NCBI GenBank assembly: GCA_004022145.1
Contig: RCNU01000015.1
Reading direction: 5' to 3' (one strand)
Length of the DNA: 64,000 bases
Source of the DNA: Paecilomyces variotii
Taxonomy: Eukaryota
Every line of letters starts with the position of its first letter. The first letter of the stretch is position 1. Shown piece by piece: positions 47,660 to 60,820 of this stretch. The notes below the pieces were generated by a model. That model was given only the letters and a program-made list of their open reading frames with translations, did no database searches and had not been told where the DNA came from. The translations under genes were made by a program, and so were the position numbers.

Positions 47660-49411
47660 TTACATTGAAGTGGCACAAGGGAATTTCTGCCTTAAAAGTG
47701 AATTCCAGAAGCTCTCTCTTCTCCAGCTACATTTGGACACCCAGGAGGTCTGGTGTCATAGCTTGAGACGAGTCGAATACTGCGAATTTTATTAGTACTG
47801 GCGCTCATGATCGGGTACAACATCTGCTTACATTCAGTTGCTATTGAGCAAATTGCTACAAGTATGAGAAATAGCAAAGGAAGAGGGTGATAGTAAAGGA
47901 TGGCTCCATTTCTCCGACAAAATACATTTATGACTTAAATTTCGGGCAAAAAACCCCCTCATAATCTCATTCAATGCTGAAATCAGTAAGGTCCCAGCTG
48001 GCACCCGCGAGAGTTAAAAGTAGGAGACGAACTACCTATTCACCTCCAACAATAGCCTGTTGCATATGGCTGCATGCTACTAAGTACATACATAGATACC
48101 CGTAGCCCTAGTATTTAGTTGCCAAACGGTGGGGCAGTTCACCGCAATGTGGGTCCAGCTGAAGATAAAGGCCACGAGGCAACCAGCAGCTTGGATATCA
48201 ATTGAACATTGATTATACGATAATATGTGGATTCATCCATATACATATAGTGTACGTTGAGTCGTCCAATGAAGTGGAAAGTTCACCCATAGCCGGATGG
48301 ACCCGCCAGCCTTCCAGCCAACCGTGGTCCTGTATAAGGCAGAATGTATAGAGTTACATATAGTTAGTTACAGCAATACGGTGTGACTAAACTAGTGATT
48401 AAAGCGTTCAAAATCGGGTTGTGGCTGGCTGGATCGGAAATTCAGAATACCTGCATATATCTTCTCAGATCGGCAGAGGGGTAGCATTCGCTTCCTTGTA
48501 AATCTATTCTTCCAATTCTGCGCCAGCTGAACTTGGAAGATGATGTGAGTGGCAAGATTGATGGATCATATAATGTGCACCATACGGAGTATAATTACAT
48601 CTTCGTTGCCCTGCAGATCCCTATTTGCAATAACCCACCAGGTAAACATAATGACGGTGATGTGCTGCAGTTGAAGCAGATCGCTGCGGGAGGTTCCCAT
48701 TCTCTCGCATGTATTATACGGAGTAATAGGCAGTCAATTACTGAAATACGTATATCGGCAAGGTTTATGATATTTGTACTCGTCGATGACGCAGAAGCAC
48801 GGGGAATCGATTCCAAATCCTTCTAATTTGACTCCCCACAAACCAGGTAGTTAACATGCAGTGTGTGATCTACATCACTGACACACTTTCACAGAGCTGA
48901 AAGACGGCACGTTCGCACGCGATGATAGCTGCCGCCCTCCACATCGCATCTCCGAAGCTTCTTCGGGGAAACAGTGGCAAGGAATGTGATGATCCTGCGT
49001 GGTTGTCACAGAAACGCTTAACGCCACCAATGTTGTATAGAGCCTATTCATGTTCCCGTTAAGGAATCAATCAAACGCTAGTCAAGGTAGAATGCAAGAT
49101 TGTGATAAGGTTAAATTCTGTAACAGGCACATTGCTGAACCTCGTTGGTTTAGGATCGATTGGCCCTGTCCGGTGGAATATCCTACGCCGACTTCTCAAT
49201 CCTGATGGACTGTTCAGTTGAGCGGCCACGCAGCCACCTATAGATCGTGAAAGAGTGATTGGACTCTTGTCATGGGAGTAATGGTACTTTTGGGACCTTA
49301 TTTTGGGTATATATATGCCTTGGAGCTCTCTCTTCATCGTGTTCCCCATCATCACTTCCATCTTTCCTGAAGCTGCAGTCCACACTCAATACCTACTACT
49401 ACAACGCCAAA

Positions 49412-52299
49412 ATGACAACCCCGGAAGCCAAGAAGTTGCTCCTCGACATCTACTTTGTGGATCAAGCCACAAAGGCTGCTGAACTCGAGAAAATCGTCTC
49501 AGTGCCGGAAATCGAGAAGGAGAAAACCTTGTCCGAGGTCCGCGACCATTTGCGGACGAACAAGGCCCTGACTCTTCGCGAGTAAGTTCTCCCACCAATA
49601 GTAAGCAATGAATACGTCTTAAATATTTGCAGGAAGACATGTAAATTCTGCACCACTTCTTGTGCTGAGCTCAAAGATACACTTTCTTTCTCGGACTATA
49701 TTGACCTGGTCGCTAACAAGGACAAGGAGCCCGGTGTTAACAAAGATCAGCAGCTAGATGTCTTGGAACATCCCAAGAATGGGAAAGAAAATATCAGGAT
49801 CTATCTCCGGTCGCGTAAACGCTTCACCGAGATGGATGAAGGCACAAAGGAGTTTCTCAAGCAGAAGTTTGATTTTGAATTAAAGGTACACCCAGCATTA
49901 ATAGATTGAGACATTGAAATCGAGAGCTCACATCATCACAGAAAGCCGAACTCCTGCCTGATAACGCGCGTGAATCACTCAAGGGATCCTATAGTCATCG
50001 AGACTTTATGGCCGAGGTTGGAAACGGAAACATCATGTGAGCCCCGACTCCCATTTCCTTCAATAGTCACCCGAGAATCACTGACTTTGCACCAGTCACC
50101 CAGTTGATATGTCTGAGGAGCAGTGGCATGCTGTGACCGAGACAAACGCTCTTCTACATGGCAACACTATCTGGAGAGCAACAATCGAGTCTCCGGCGAG
50201 CGTAGAACGGGCCATTTATCCTAGTAAGAGTGTTCAGCTTACGCAATTGTATGGAAAGAAGAGCTTACGCGATCAGCCTTCCGACTCAAGCAGCGCGCCA
50301 TCGAGTATTATTTCGATGATAAAGACAACAAGAATGAACCCGTCGAGAATGCTGGGACAATGTCGGCTACAGAGACAGTACGTCGAATGAGCCAGATGAG
50401 TTGACATTACTGACCAAGTCCACAGACAGAAATGCTCCGGATACCTCGGTTCATTGTCACGGACGACTCCTACGTCGACGTCTCCGAGCATAAATCCTCC
50501 GTGGCGTCGGCTATAGCTTCCAGCTCCTTGTCCAAGAGTTCATCCGAAGTTGCTATGTACGTTGCTGCTTTCTTATTGTTTTAGTTGTTATGGGCCATTG
50601 CTAAGAAAAGTAGCGGAGGGGGTGCCTACGGATATAGTTTAGGCGTCTCTGGAGGGCACGAATACGAAACCAGCGAACGCAGCCAGCAAAGAAACCAGAC
50701 GGAGACCAACCATATGGTCGTTACATACAACGTCGGTGTTCAACCAGGCTTCCCCTTCTAAGACTCAAGCTAATGCAGAAGTCTAGTTTCCGCGTGTCAT
50801 TGTTAGCCTCGACAAAGACAGTCTCGAGCTTACCGAAGAATGCAGGGAACATCTCAGGAAGATCAATTCGAGAGAGGACGCTGGAAGCTTTAAGAGGAAA
50901 TTTGGTTCGTGTGATACAGCTCCGCTTTTTGATTGGTATTTAATGATCTAGGTTCCTTCTTTTCCACCAAGGTCCAGCTTGGAGGCCGACTGCACTCCAC
51001 GCAAGAGTCTGCTGCCGTGACGGGCAGCAACATCGGAGAAAAGACAAAGAGGTTGAAAATCTCGGCCGGTATATCCTTCGCCGGGCCCGGTGTTCAGGCG
51101 ACCCTCAAAGGTGGCTATGGGAGTGATACTAATAAAAGAAACGAGACATCTTCCGCTGCGTTTGATAGCCAGATGACGTGGGATGCCAAAGGAGGTGACA
51201 CTCTCCTCTGCAATAAGTACTGCCCAGCTTCCAGTTTCCGCGATCCAACATATGCTGACAATGAGACGCAGTCCCCCCGCATGGTGCAAGACTGTTTCAT
51301 CGTATTATAACTAGCGCGTGGTGAAGGTGAGAACATTAAGGGTGCTTTGCGGAATATGTTTGCTAATAATGACCAGCAAGATAACCTTGTGTCTATTACT
51401 GACATGATCTGTGATGTTGAGAAGGATGTTGGTGAGAAGCTTAAGAGGTTTGAAGGGAAGCCAGTCAATTCCAAGGTCGATATCTGCTTCTTGCACAAGC
51501 CGAGTGGAAAGTATCTCGGATTCAACACAGAGGAGGATCCTCTGCGTAAGCGCTCCCCATGCACCCGTATACACACATTAGACCAGCGGATCTAAGCTGA
51601 CTCACGAGACCAGCGCCCATCTTGCTTAAAGACTTCAATAAGAGAGGGTTTACGCCTGACGCATATCCACACGTCACAGAGAGAGGGCCAAGGAAGACAG
51701 TATCTTTGAGTAAGTCGAAAGATGGAAATGCACAAGTATTTTCGCTGCATGGGACCATGATAAACGATGTCAAGCAACGCGCTAGGGTAAGCCGACCTCC
51801 TGTGTCTTTGGTCTGTGAGCCGATTTTGGAGACTTTGCTGAGCACACACTATCAGGTTATGGCGGATTATGCGTACACCGCTTGGAACGCTGACATTGAC
51901 AACTACACGGGCTGCGTTCCTAGGCAGGCGTATTTCCCATACAGGAGAACGCAACTGCAAGAAATCCCTACAAAGAAGATTGAGACGCCTGTCACATTCC
52001 ATTTCAGAGCTGTCAATTCTCAGACAGAGGACGGTCTTCCCCAGGGGACCGAAGTCGTAATCGACGTGTACGCAGGCAGTGTGTTGCTTGGCGAGGTACG
52101 AGGTGCAGAGGGAGAAGAGGGAGCCGTGGTGGTTGATCGGGGGGCGAAGGACGGTAGCCTGTTCCGGAAGGATACAGATATTGTGTCTACGGAACCGTTG
52201 GTCTTCACTCTGCGATACCAGCCGTATCACTTGAACTCGAAAATAGACTTTGTACCGTATCTAACGACTCAAAAGAAGAAACCGGCGGCGCAGCTGTGA
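49412..52299 (+). pseudogene. MACPF (perforin-like) domain gene, multi-exon, no signal peptide, with one in-frame TAG at 51312-51314
   Basis: YNFPRVIVSLD, FKRKFGSFFSTKVQLGGRL (MACPF signature-like), WDAKGGDTLLCNNPPAWCKTVSSYYN*RVVK. The reading frame resumes through further exons to TGA at 52297-52299. Confidence 0.78.
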
Positions 52300-54718
52300 C
52301 TCCTGCTTTCAAGGGCGAGCTCAGCCCACCTCAGGAGATTATACCACCCGAGTACCTAAGTATCTAGCAATTACCACATTGAGAAGGAAAGAGTACAAGG
52401 AGCGATCATTCAATCTCTCTGACTCCATGGGAAAGGTTATAAGTGCAGCAAGCATAATGGCAAACAGGTAGCTGCTCACACCTACTGGATCGTGGAATTA
52501 GGTACATCGTGATAATAAGAAAAGTTCAAGAAGTATGTCTGCTCGCGACGCCATTTTCTCATTCCAGCACCCCATGGCATGGAAGACATATGTAATGTAG
52601 ATTGGCGATGAACCTGATCTAAAAAGCCCGAGTCCTCCTTCACCGTAATTAACACTTCCATCATCTGTGGCTATACCCATGGCACTGAGGTCCCAAGTGG
52701 AACATGGCTTCTTAAGCCAACTTCATTGCTAAGGATTGAAGGACGGAGAACGTAGACCCAGCAGGTATAAATGCGCCAAAACGCCACGACTGGTAAGCGG
52801 CAGCGAGAGTTCCTAAAGCCAGATAAGCAGTTAGATTGGTTCCGTTTCCTTTTAGCAAACATATGAACTAGTCGTAAATATACCTGCAACGGGCCACAAG
52901 GGACCGAATCCGCCTACTCTCAGGAGCAAGGAGGGTAGGAGTTTCACAAGAAACAGCAGAGTCGAGAAAAGACCCATAGTTGCAGATATTGTAGTGTAGT
53001 AAGTAGTATTGTGTTTTGTTCAAGAGAATGGAGTTAGCTATGACAAGTTGATCAATCAACCTGATATATAATCTGGTGATAAAACAAACGGAATCTGACG
53101 TCAGGTTTTCTTTGTTGAAATATTCGCTACCGCTGCCTTCCCTGCACCGCAACGCATGCGTGGCAGAATTATGATCCAGAACAGGGATTGCCCAGAGGCA
53201 GTGTTTAGCCATACAACGAGACTATTCCAACAGAAAGTGCAGCGCGCTTAGAAAGGAAAGTTGTTGGGCTACAGCTTCAGACCCTATCAAGGATAAGTAA
53301 AATCAGAACCAAGCGCTTTAAGACGTTTAGGCGGACGTGTCTACACAGGAAGCCTGCACTACAACCATAATATCTTAATCAATAGGCTTAAGAATGTGTT
53401 GGGCGTTGTTGTGGTGTATCCAGAAGTTCTCAACGCATAGATTTATGAGATAGAACGATACCCAAAGACTGCTAGGAAAAACGCGCTTTTCTTCAATTGC
53501 CTGTTTAGCTACACCGGTCTAAGATCCGTTATTACCTTCTGAAAATATACACAAGGACTGATAGTTGATGGGACGAGGTGGACAACTCTATCAGTCTCTC
53601 TGCCAAAGGCGTCGTGAAGTACGGATTCGAAAGACAAATATTGTTTTCGAGGCAAACAAGATCAAAGTCTCCAGCATATTTCAATCACCGGCCAAAACCT
53701 TCTTCATTGGGTTCTGAAATGTCATTCAGAGACTAGGATCATCTCGAAACACAACTCTGAGATGCTCATAGATAAGTGATGCAGACTATGCCAGGCTCAA
53801 CTTGATTGGCTAAGAGAACAGAGAGTCTAGTTAGTTCATTAGTCTGGTCTCCTACTTACAGCGCTCGTGTAAGTCAATAACTACCTTGGTTTCTCTGCTG
53901 TAATTGTTTTTCATTCTGAAATTATGTCAATGGGAAAACCAATGTTTGCTGCAATTTGAGCTCGGCAAAGAACGGCTTTTGATAGATTTACACATGCTCC
54001 CATATGATATGGTTGTTATCAGGAAACCTATACTCGCGGTGTCACTTCAGATCAGCATTAATAATTAACCAGTTTACTAGTTAGTTAGCAGCGTAAAGTA
54101 TGTAAGTCCTCACCCATGGATCCACTTTGGGGGCTTGATGGATGATAATTTTGATCGAGATCCCCATGAGCGCAGGACATCTTTATTTACCACACCTGTA
54201 GGCATAATTGGATGGTTTCAGGAACCGCACAGATCACAACACCAAGACAACTGAAGAGTGAATAAGCAGAACAGGGATCAGTTGATCCCTCCTCAGTAGA
54301 ATGAGCCGCGTGGAGCTCCGACTATTACTTATCTTAGGCCGTGGTTCGGCGTTCTGGGCGGAGCTGGAGTAAACCACACCCAACTTCAGCAGGTAACTCG
54401 AGACCACAGACACTTTGGCCAGCGCTCAATGGAAAGTGTATGTTGGGCTTGAGGACCATTCGACTCAAGGCACGCCCTTCTCTGCTGGATCTGATCGCCA
54501 GCGGTGGTGTTGTTGACCCGTCGTCCGGCATTGCTGCTGCTGCTGAGGCCGGATCGAGTTCGTCGTCACAGGAAGCTCCTCCGCCTCCGCCGCCCAGACT
54601 AGACGACCTGCCACCGCTCCCCGACTCGCCCACCTCCAACAACAGCTCGAGCAGTAGTATCGAGCAGCCCCCTCCACCACCTACATACCCGGTCAGCGAC
54701 GCCTGGAGCATACGCAAG

Positions 54719-56808
54719 ATGGCGCCTTCTACCAAGGAGAGAAAGCGCCTTGAAGCCTCTGAGGATGAATATGGCTCCATCTTCTCGGTCGCCGGTCCTG
54801 TCGTCGTGGCAGAGAACATGATTGGATGCGCCATGTACGAACTGGTACGCTGCTGTCACCCCCTCGACAATCTCGGTCATGGATACTAACCAGAGGGTTC
54901 TTTCCAGTGCCGTGTTGGCCATGATCAGCTCGTCGGAGAGGTTATCAGGATCGAGGGAGACAAGGCGACCATCCAGGTCTACGAGGAAACAGGTACAAAA
55001 CAGACTGGCTTGAGCTGTCTCTGCTGGTTGCATGAAGCTGACATGGGAACCCTTCTTCCAAATTGCAGCCGGTGTTACTGTCGGAGACCCCGTCGTGAGA
55101 ACAGGAAAGCCCTTGTCCGTCGAGCTGGGCCCTGGTTTGATGGAGACTATCTATGACGGTATCCAGCGACCCCTCAAGGCCATCTCGTCCAAGTCCGACA
55201 GTATCTACATTCCCCGCGGTATCGCTGTGCCTGCTCTGGATCGCGAAAAGAAATGGGACTTCAAGCCCGGTAGCCTCAAAGTGGGCGACCACATCACCGG
55301 AGGTGACATCTGGGGTAGCGTTTTCGAGAACAGCTTGTTGGATGACCACAAGATCCTGCTGCCGCCCCGCGCGCGTGGTACTATCACTCGGATAGCTGAG
55401 GCTGGAAGCTACACTGTCGATGAGAAGCTGTTGGAGGTTGAGTTTGACGGCAAGAAGACCGAGTACAGCATGATGCACAGCTGGCCCGTCCGTGTGCCCA
55501 GACCAGTCAATGAGAAGCTGACGGCCGATTCGCCCTTCATCGTCGGACAGAGAGTGCTGGATGCTCTCTTCCCCAGTGTCCAGGGTGGTACCGTCTGTAT
55601 CCCTGGTGCCTTTGGATGCGGCAAGACCGTCATTTCCCAGAGTGTCTCCAAATTCTCCAACAGTGATATCATCGTCTACGTCGGTTGTGGTGAGCGTGGT
55701 AACGAGATGGCTGAAGTGCTTATGGATTTCCCAGAGGTGGGTGGAATACTCGACATCGCTGCGCAGGTTGCTATTGCTAACGAATTAAATACTTAATAGC
55801 TGTCGATCGATGTTGGCGGCCGCAGAGAGCCCATCATGAAGCGTACTTGTCTGATTGCGAACACCTCGAACATGCCTGTCGCCGCTCGTGAAGCCTCTAT
55901 CTACACCGGTATTACCGTCGCTGAGTACTTCCGTGACCAGGGAAAGAACGTTGCGATGATGGCGGATTCCAGTTCTCGTTGGGCCGAGGCTCTGCGTGAG
56001 ATTTCGGGTCGTCTGGGAGAGATGCCTGCTGATCAGGGTTTCCCCGCGTACCTGGGAGCTAAGCTCGCCTCGTTCTATGAGCGTGCCGGAAAGAGTACCG
56101 CACTCGGTAGCCCAGAGAGACAGGGCAGTGTCAGTATTGTCGGTGCCGTCAGTCCCCCTGGTGGTGATTTCTCAGATCCAGTTACCAGCAGTACCCTTGG
56201 TATCGTGCAGGTGTTCTGGGGTTTGGACAAGAAGTTGGCTCAGCGAAAGCACTTCCCTTCAGTCAACACGTCGGTGTCATACAGCAAGTACACCAACATC
56301 CTCGACAAATACTACGAGAAGGAGCACCCCGAATTCCCTCGCCTTCGAGACCACATAAAGGAGATTCTGTCGACCTCTGAGGATCTTGATCAGGTCGTGC
56401 AGCTGGTTGGTAAATCCGCACTTGGTGATTCCGACAAGATCACACTGGATGTAGCTGCCCTCCTAAAGGACGACTTCCTCCAACAGAACGGTTACAGTGA
56501 CTACGACCAGTTCTGTCCTTTATGGAAGACTGAATACATGATGAAGGCCTTCATGGGCTTCCATGATGAGGCTCAGAAGGCAATCGCGCAGGGTCAGAGT
56601 TGGGCCAAGGTCAGAGAGGCTACGGCGGACATTCAGACGGCGCTGCGCAGTATGAAGTTCGAGGTCCCAGACGACGAGAAGGCCGTGACAGCGAAGGTGA
56701 GAGATTCGTCTCTGCTCTTTTATGTGGAATTTATTGCTGATTCTTTCGCAGTACGAGAAACTCCTGCAGGATATGTCGGAGAGATTCGCATCGGTGTCCG
56801 ACTTGTAA
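54719..56808 (+). CDS. vma1: V-type ATPase catalytic subunit A, intein-free; in-frame upstream AUG at 54440
   Basis: [17 protein letters not shown]-loop [42 protein letters not shown] and [19 protein letters not shown]. Confidence 0.97.
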
Positions 56809-57438
56809 GGCGGTCGTGCCGCTTGTTGGAGGAGACGTTGGGTTCCAGAAGCTGTAGCATACCAAGTTCCATCGTAGCTATATATCATGTCTTTGGTTTG
56901 AAATCACGTCGATTAAACAGTATAGATATCATTGCATTGTGCCGTTCCACGTGTTTGTTGTGTACTCGTAGCAGGTCAGGCAGCAGTATTTCGCCTCCGG
57001 TGGCCAAGCGACGGCATCCCGTGGCACAGTCCATGTGCAAGCGGGGGATAAGAAAAAGGGGGCAGAGGAGGAGAAGAAGGGAGTAGAAGAAGAAGAAGAC
57101 CCAAAGAGCCGTTAAACTACTGTCTGAGAGCGAGATCTGACTGGACGCTGCTTTCGCTGTTCTAGAGTTCGTTTATATCTCGGGGGCGGACCAGGGATTA
57201 AGCTCGCGGCAGCCTCAGGACTTCCCTACTTATCGGAGCGGAAGCGAACTCACACTTCGCCGCTTGACTAGCAACATACCTGCTGTATACCATACATCAC
57301 CACCGTTTCTTCCCTCACTACGACCGTTTCCCTGCTCAAAGACTTTAGACCTCTCCGCTGCAGCGGCAGGGTATACTACGGTGCTTTCTTCAATTATCTC
57401 CTTGTTGAGCGGATTCGTGTCCGTGGACTTTGCCAGCC

Positions 57439-59959
57439 ATGGCAACGCCGACCTCGTGCGCAACCCCGTTCCCCTTCAGCCAGCTCTCCCCACAGTGTAT
57501 AGCTAACGATAGTCTGCCTCAGGATAAACGTTAATGATCCCAACCTTATCAACCTTGTTAACAAGCTACAGGATGTCTTCACGACTGTGGGCGTACGTTA
57601 CGCTGTCTTGTTTGTTGTCCTCAGATTGCCAGACTGACCCCTCCTCCAGGTCCAAAACCCGATCGACTTGCCACAGATAGCCGTCGTGGGATCGCAATCG
57701 AGTGGAAAGAGTTCCGTGTTGGAAAACATTGTAGGGAGAGACTTGTGAGTATCTGCATGATCCTGTCGCACCACCCTTCCTGTGTCCGCGTCATCGCTAA
57801 CAACCGCCGTTGCGCGGCGTCAGTCTCCCTCGAGGTTCAGGAATCGTGACTCGACGACCTCTTATTCTTCAGTTGATCAACAAGCCCGCGGGAAAGCAGC
57901 TTAACGGAGTGAAGGACGACACCCTCAAAGACTCTACGGACGCTGAAGCAAACCTGGACGAGTATGGCGAGTTCCTACATCTCCCGGGCCAGAAATTCTA
58001 CGACTTCAACAAGATCAGAGACGAGATTGTGCGCGAGACAGAAGCCAAAGTTGGCCGCAATGCAGGCATCTCACCCGCTCCGATCAACCTGCGCATCTAT
58101 TCTCCGAACGTCCTGACCCTCACCCTGGTCGATCTGCCAGGTCTCACAAAGGTTCCAGTTGGCGACCAGCCAAAGGATATCGAAAAGCAGATTAAGGATA
58201 TGGTGTTGAAGCAGATCAGCAAGCCAAACGCGATCATCCTCGCCGTTACTGCTGCGAACCAGGACTTGGCCAACTCGGACGGATTGAAGCTGGCGCGCGA
58301 AGTCGATCCCGAGGGTCAGCGCACGATCGGTGTCTTGACAAAGGTTGATCTGATGGACGAGGGTACGGACGTCGTGGATATCCTTGCGGGCAGGATCATC
58401 CCTCTGCGACTTGGTTACGTTCCGGTGGTCAACCGTGGTCAGCGTGATATTGAGAACAAGCGCGCCATCTCCTATGCGCTCGAGCACGAGAAGAATTTCT
58501 TTGAGAGCCACAAGGCCTACCGGAACAAGGCCTCGTACTGTGGAACTCCTTACCTCGCGAGAAAACTCAACTTGGTTCGTACCATGTACTCTGTGATAGC
58601 TCTTGCAAAATTACTGACCGAGCCATTCCTTCTAGATCCTCATGATGCACATAAAACAGACGCTTCCTGATATCAAGGCTAGAATTTCCTCCTCTCTACA
58701 GAAGTATACCTCTGAGCTTTCTCAACTGGGAGATTCCATGCTTGGTAACGCTGCAAACATCGTCCTCAACATCATCACGGAATTTAGCAACGAGTACCGG
58801 ACAGTGTTGGATGGAAACAACCAAGAGCTGTCAAGCGTTGAACTTTCCGGTGGTGCCCGTATCAGTTTCGTCTTCCACGAACTGTACTCGAACGGTATCA
58901 AGGCCGTCGATCCGTTTGACCAGGTCAAGGACATCGACATCAGGACTATTCTTTACAACTCTTCTGGTTCATCGCCTGCACTGTTCGTTGGCACCACTGC
59001 TTTCGAACTGATCGTCAAACAACAAATCAAGCGACTGGAGGACCCCAGTTTGAAATGTGTTTCTTTGGTCTATGACGAACTGGTTCGGATTCTGGGTCAG
59101 CTGCTCACCAAGCAACTCTTCCGGAGGTACCCCATGCTCAAGGAGAAGTTCCATACTGTGGTGATTCAATTCTTCAAGAAGGCCATGGAACCTACCAACA
59201 AGCTTGTGAAAGATCTGATTGCCATGGAAGCGTGTTACATCAACACTGGTCACCCTGATTTTCTTAACGGCCACAGGGTGAGTGATATCATTCGAGAACG
59301 TCGTAAAGGTCAGCACTAACTTTACCACAGGCTATGGCTATTGTCAATGAGCGCCAGAATGCTGGGAAGCCTACCCCAGTGGACCCCAAGACAGGAAAGC
59401 CGTTGCCACCTCCCCGTTCAGGTAGTCCATCCTTGGACACTATGAGGGGAGATACCGAGACCAACGGCGGATTCTTCGGCAGCTTCTTCGCGTCCAAGAA
59501 TAAGAAGAAGATGGCTGCCATGGAACCCCCGCCACCAACCCTGAGAGCATCCGGGACTCTCTCCGAACGAGAGAACAGCGAAGTTGAAGTTATCAGTAAG
59601 GATATTACTATTCCGCGCACATTATTCTAGCAGATGCTGACCACATAACAGAGCTGCTGATCCAATCTTACTTCAACATTGTCAAGCGGACCATGATCGA
59701 CATGGTCCCCAAGGCTATCATGTACACCCTCGTCCAGTACGTATTTGATCATACACTCGCTGTGCTGATGTATTCTAACTCTGTCAACAGGTACAGTAAG
59801 GAAGAAATGCAGCGCGAGCTGCTTGAGAACATGTACCGCACCCAGGAACTGGATGATCTGCTCAAGGAGAGCGACTACACGATCCGCCGCCGGAAAGAGT
59901 GCCAGCAGATGGTGGAGAGTCTGTCGCGCGCCAGCGAAATCGTCAGTCAAGTACAGTAG
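57439..59959 (+). CDS. vps1: Dynamin-like GTPase Vps1
   Basis: [52 protein letters not shown], insert GGFFGSFF, and a GED ending ASEIVSQVQ. Confidence 0.95.
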
Positions 59960-60820
59960 ACAGGAAGTATTCAGCTTGGCGTCTCCGGGTGCCTGCCCGG
60001 AGAGTGATATGCACATGTTCCGTTATACCAGTTTGCCTTTACCTGCGGGTCCGTGACCATTGTTCCCCTATTTGATTGATCGGTGGCCGTTGAATGAATT
60101 TCATTTTGGGTCTGTCTGTCTAGGAGCTAGCATGGTTATGTTTCCATTTCAGACATGAAGATTGTTGCTGTCTCCCTTATCATGAGCTGTTTCTATTGGC
60201 CTGCCTGACGATGTCTTCTTTTTGTGACCACTACGTTCTGACCTTTACCCTAGCCCTTCTATCCTCCTTGCCTGATTTTTTAGATAAGATTAATGGTGTC
60301 CTTTTTCTTGATTCTGTCTTCGTTCCTACTGTATATCTGTGACCGTATTTCTGTCCTCGGCATAGCGCTCATAGTATATTGCTTTCGGTTTGGCAAAATA
60401 AAATCTAGCGGGACGGGAAGTACCTAGTAGTTGCAGGGTGCCCTCTGACAGCATATGCAATGAGACGAGTACATATATTATTATGATCTGATCATGCCCA
60501 TTGGCCAATGTTGTTCATCGATCGGGTGTTTAACTTCGATTCCCCTACTATCTATATCCGTAACTGATATGGACGCCGATTGGTAGTTGATGGAACACGT
60601 GGCAGATTCGGCACAAGTGGAGCACAGCCACCACGGTCGAACTGTGGCGCACTTTGCTGTTTCGAATTGCGGTGCTAGAGTTGTAGGATATAACTCTCGG
60701 GTCTATGAATTGTTGTTTCATGAGTGTACATGTATAGCTATACTATGCTATACATACATGATAACCATCTTCACGACCATCGCCACCCTACCTATTTTAT
60801 ATTCCATCTTTAAACTCTCC

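Noticed and set aside
55670-55735. VMA1 intein (VDE/PI-SceI) insertion site
   Set aside because: [16 protein letters not shown] is contiguous, so there is no intein or homing endonuclease.
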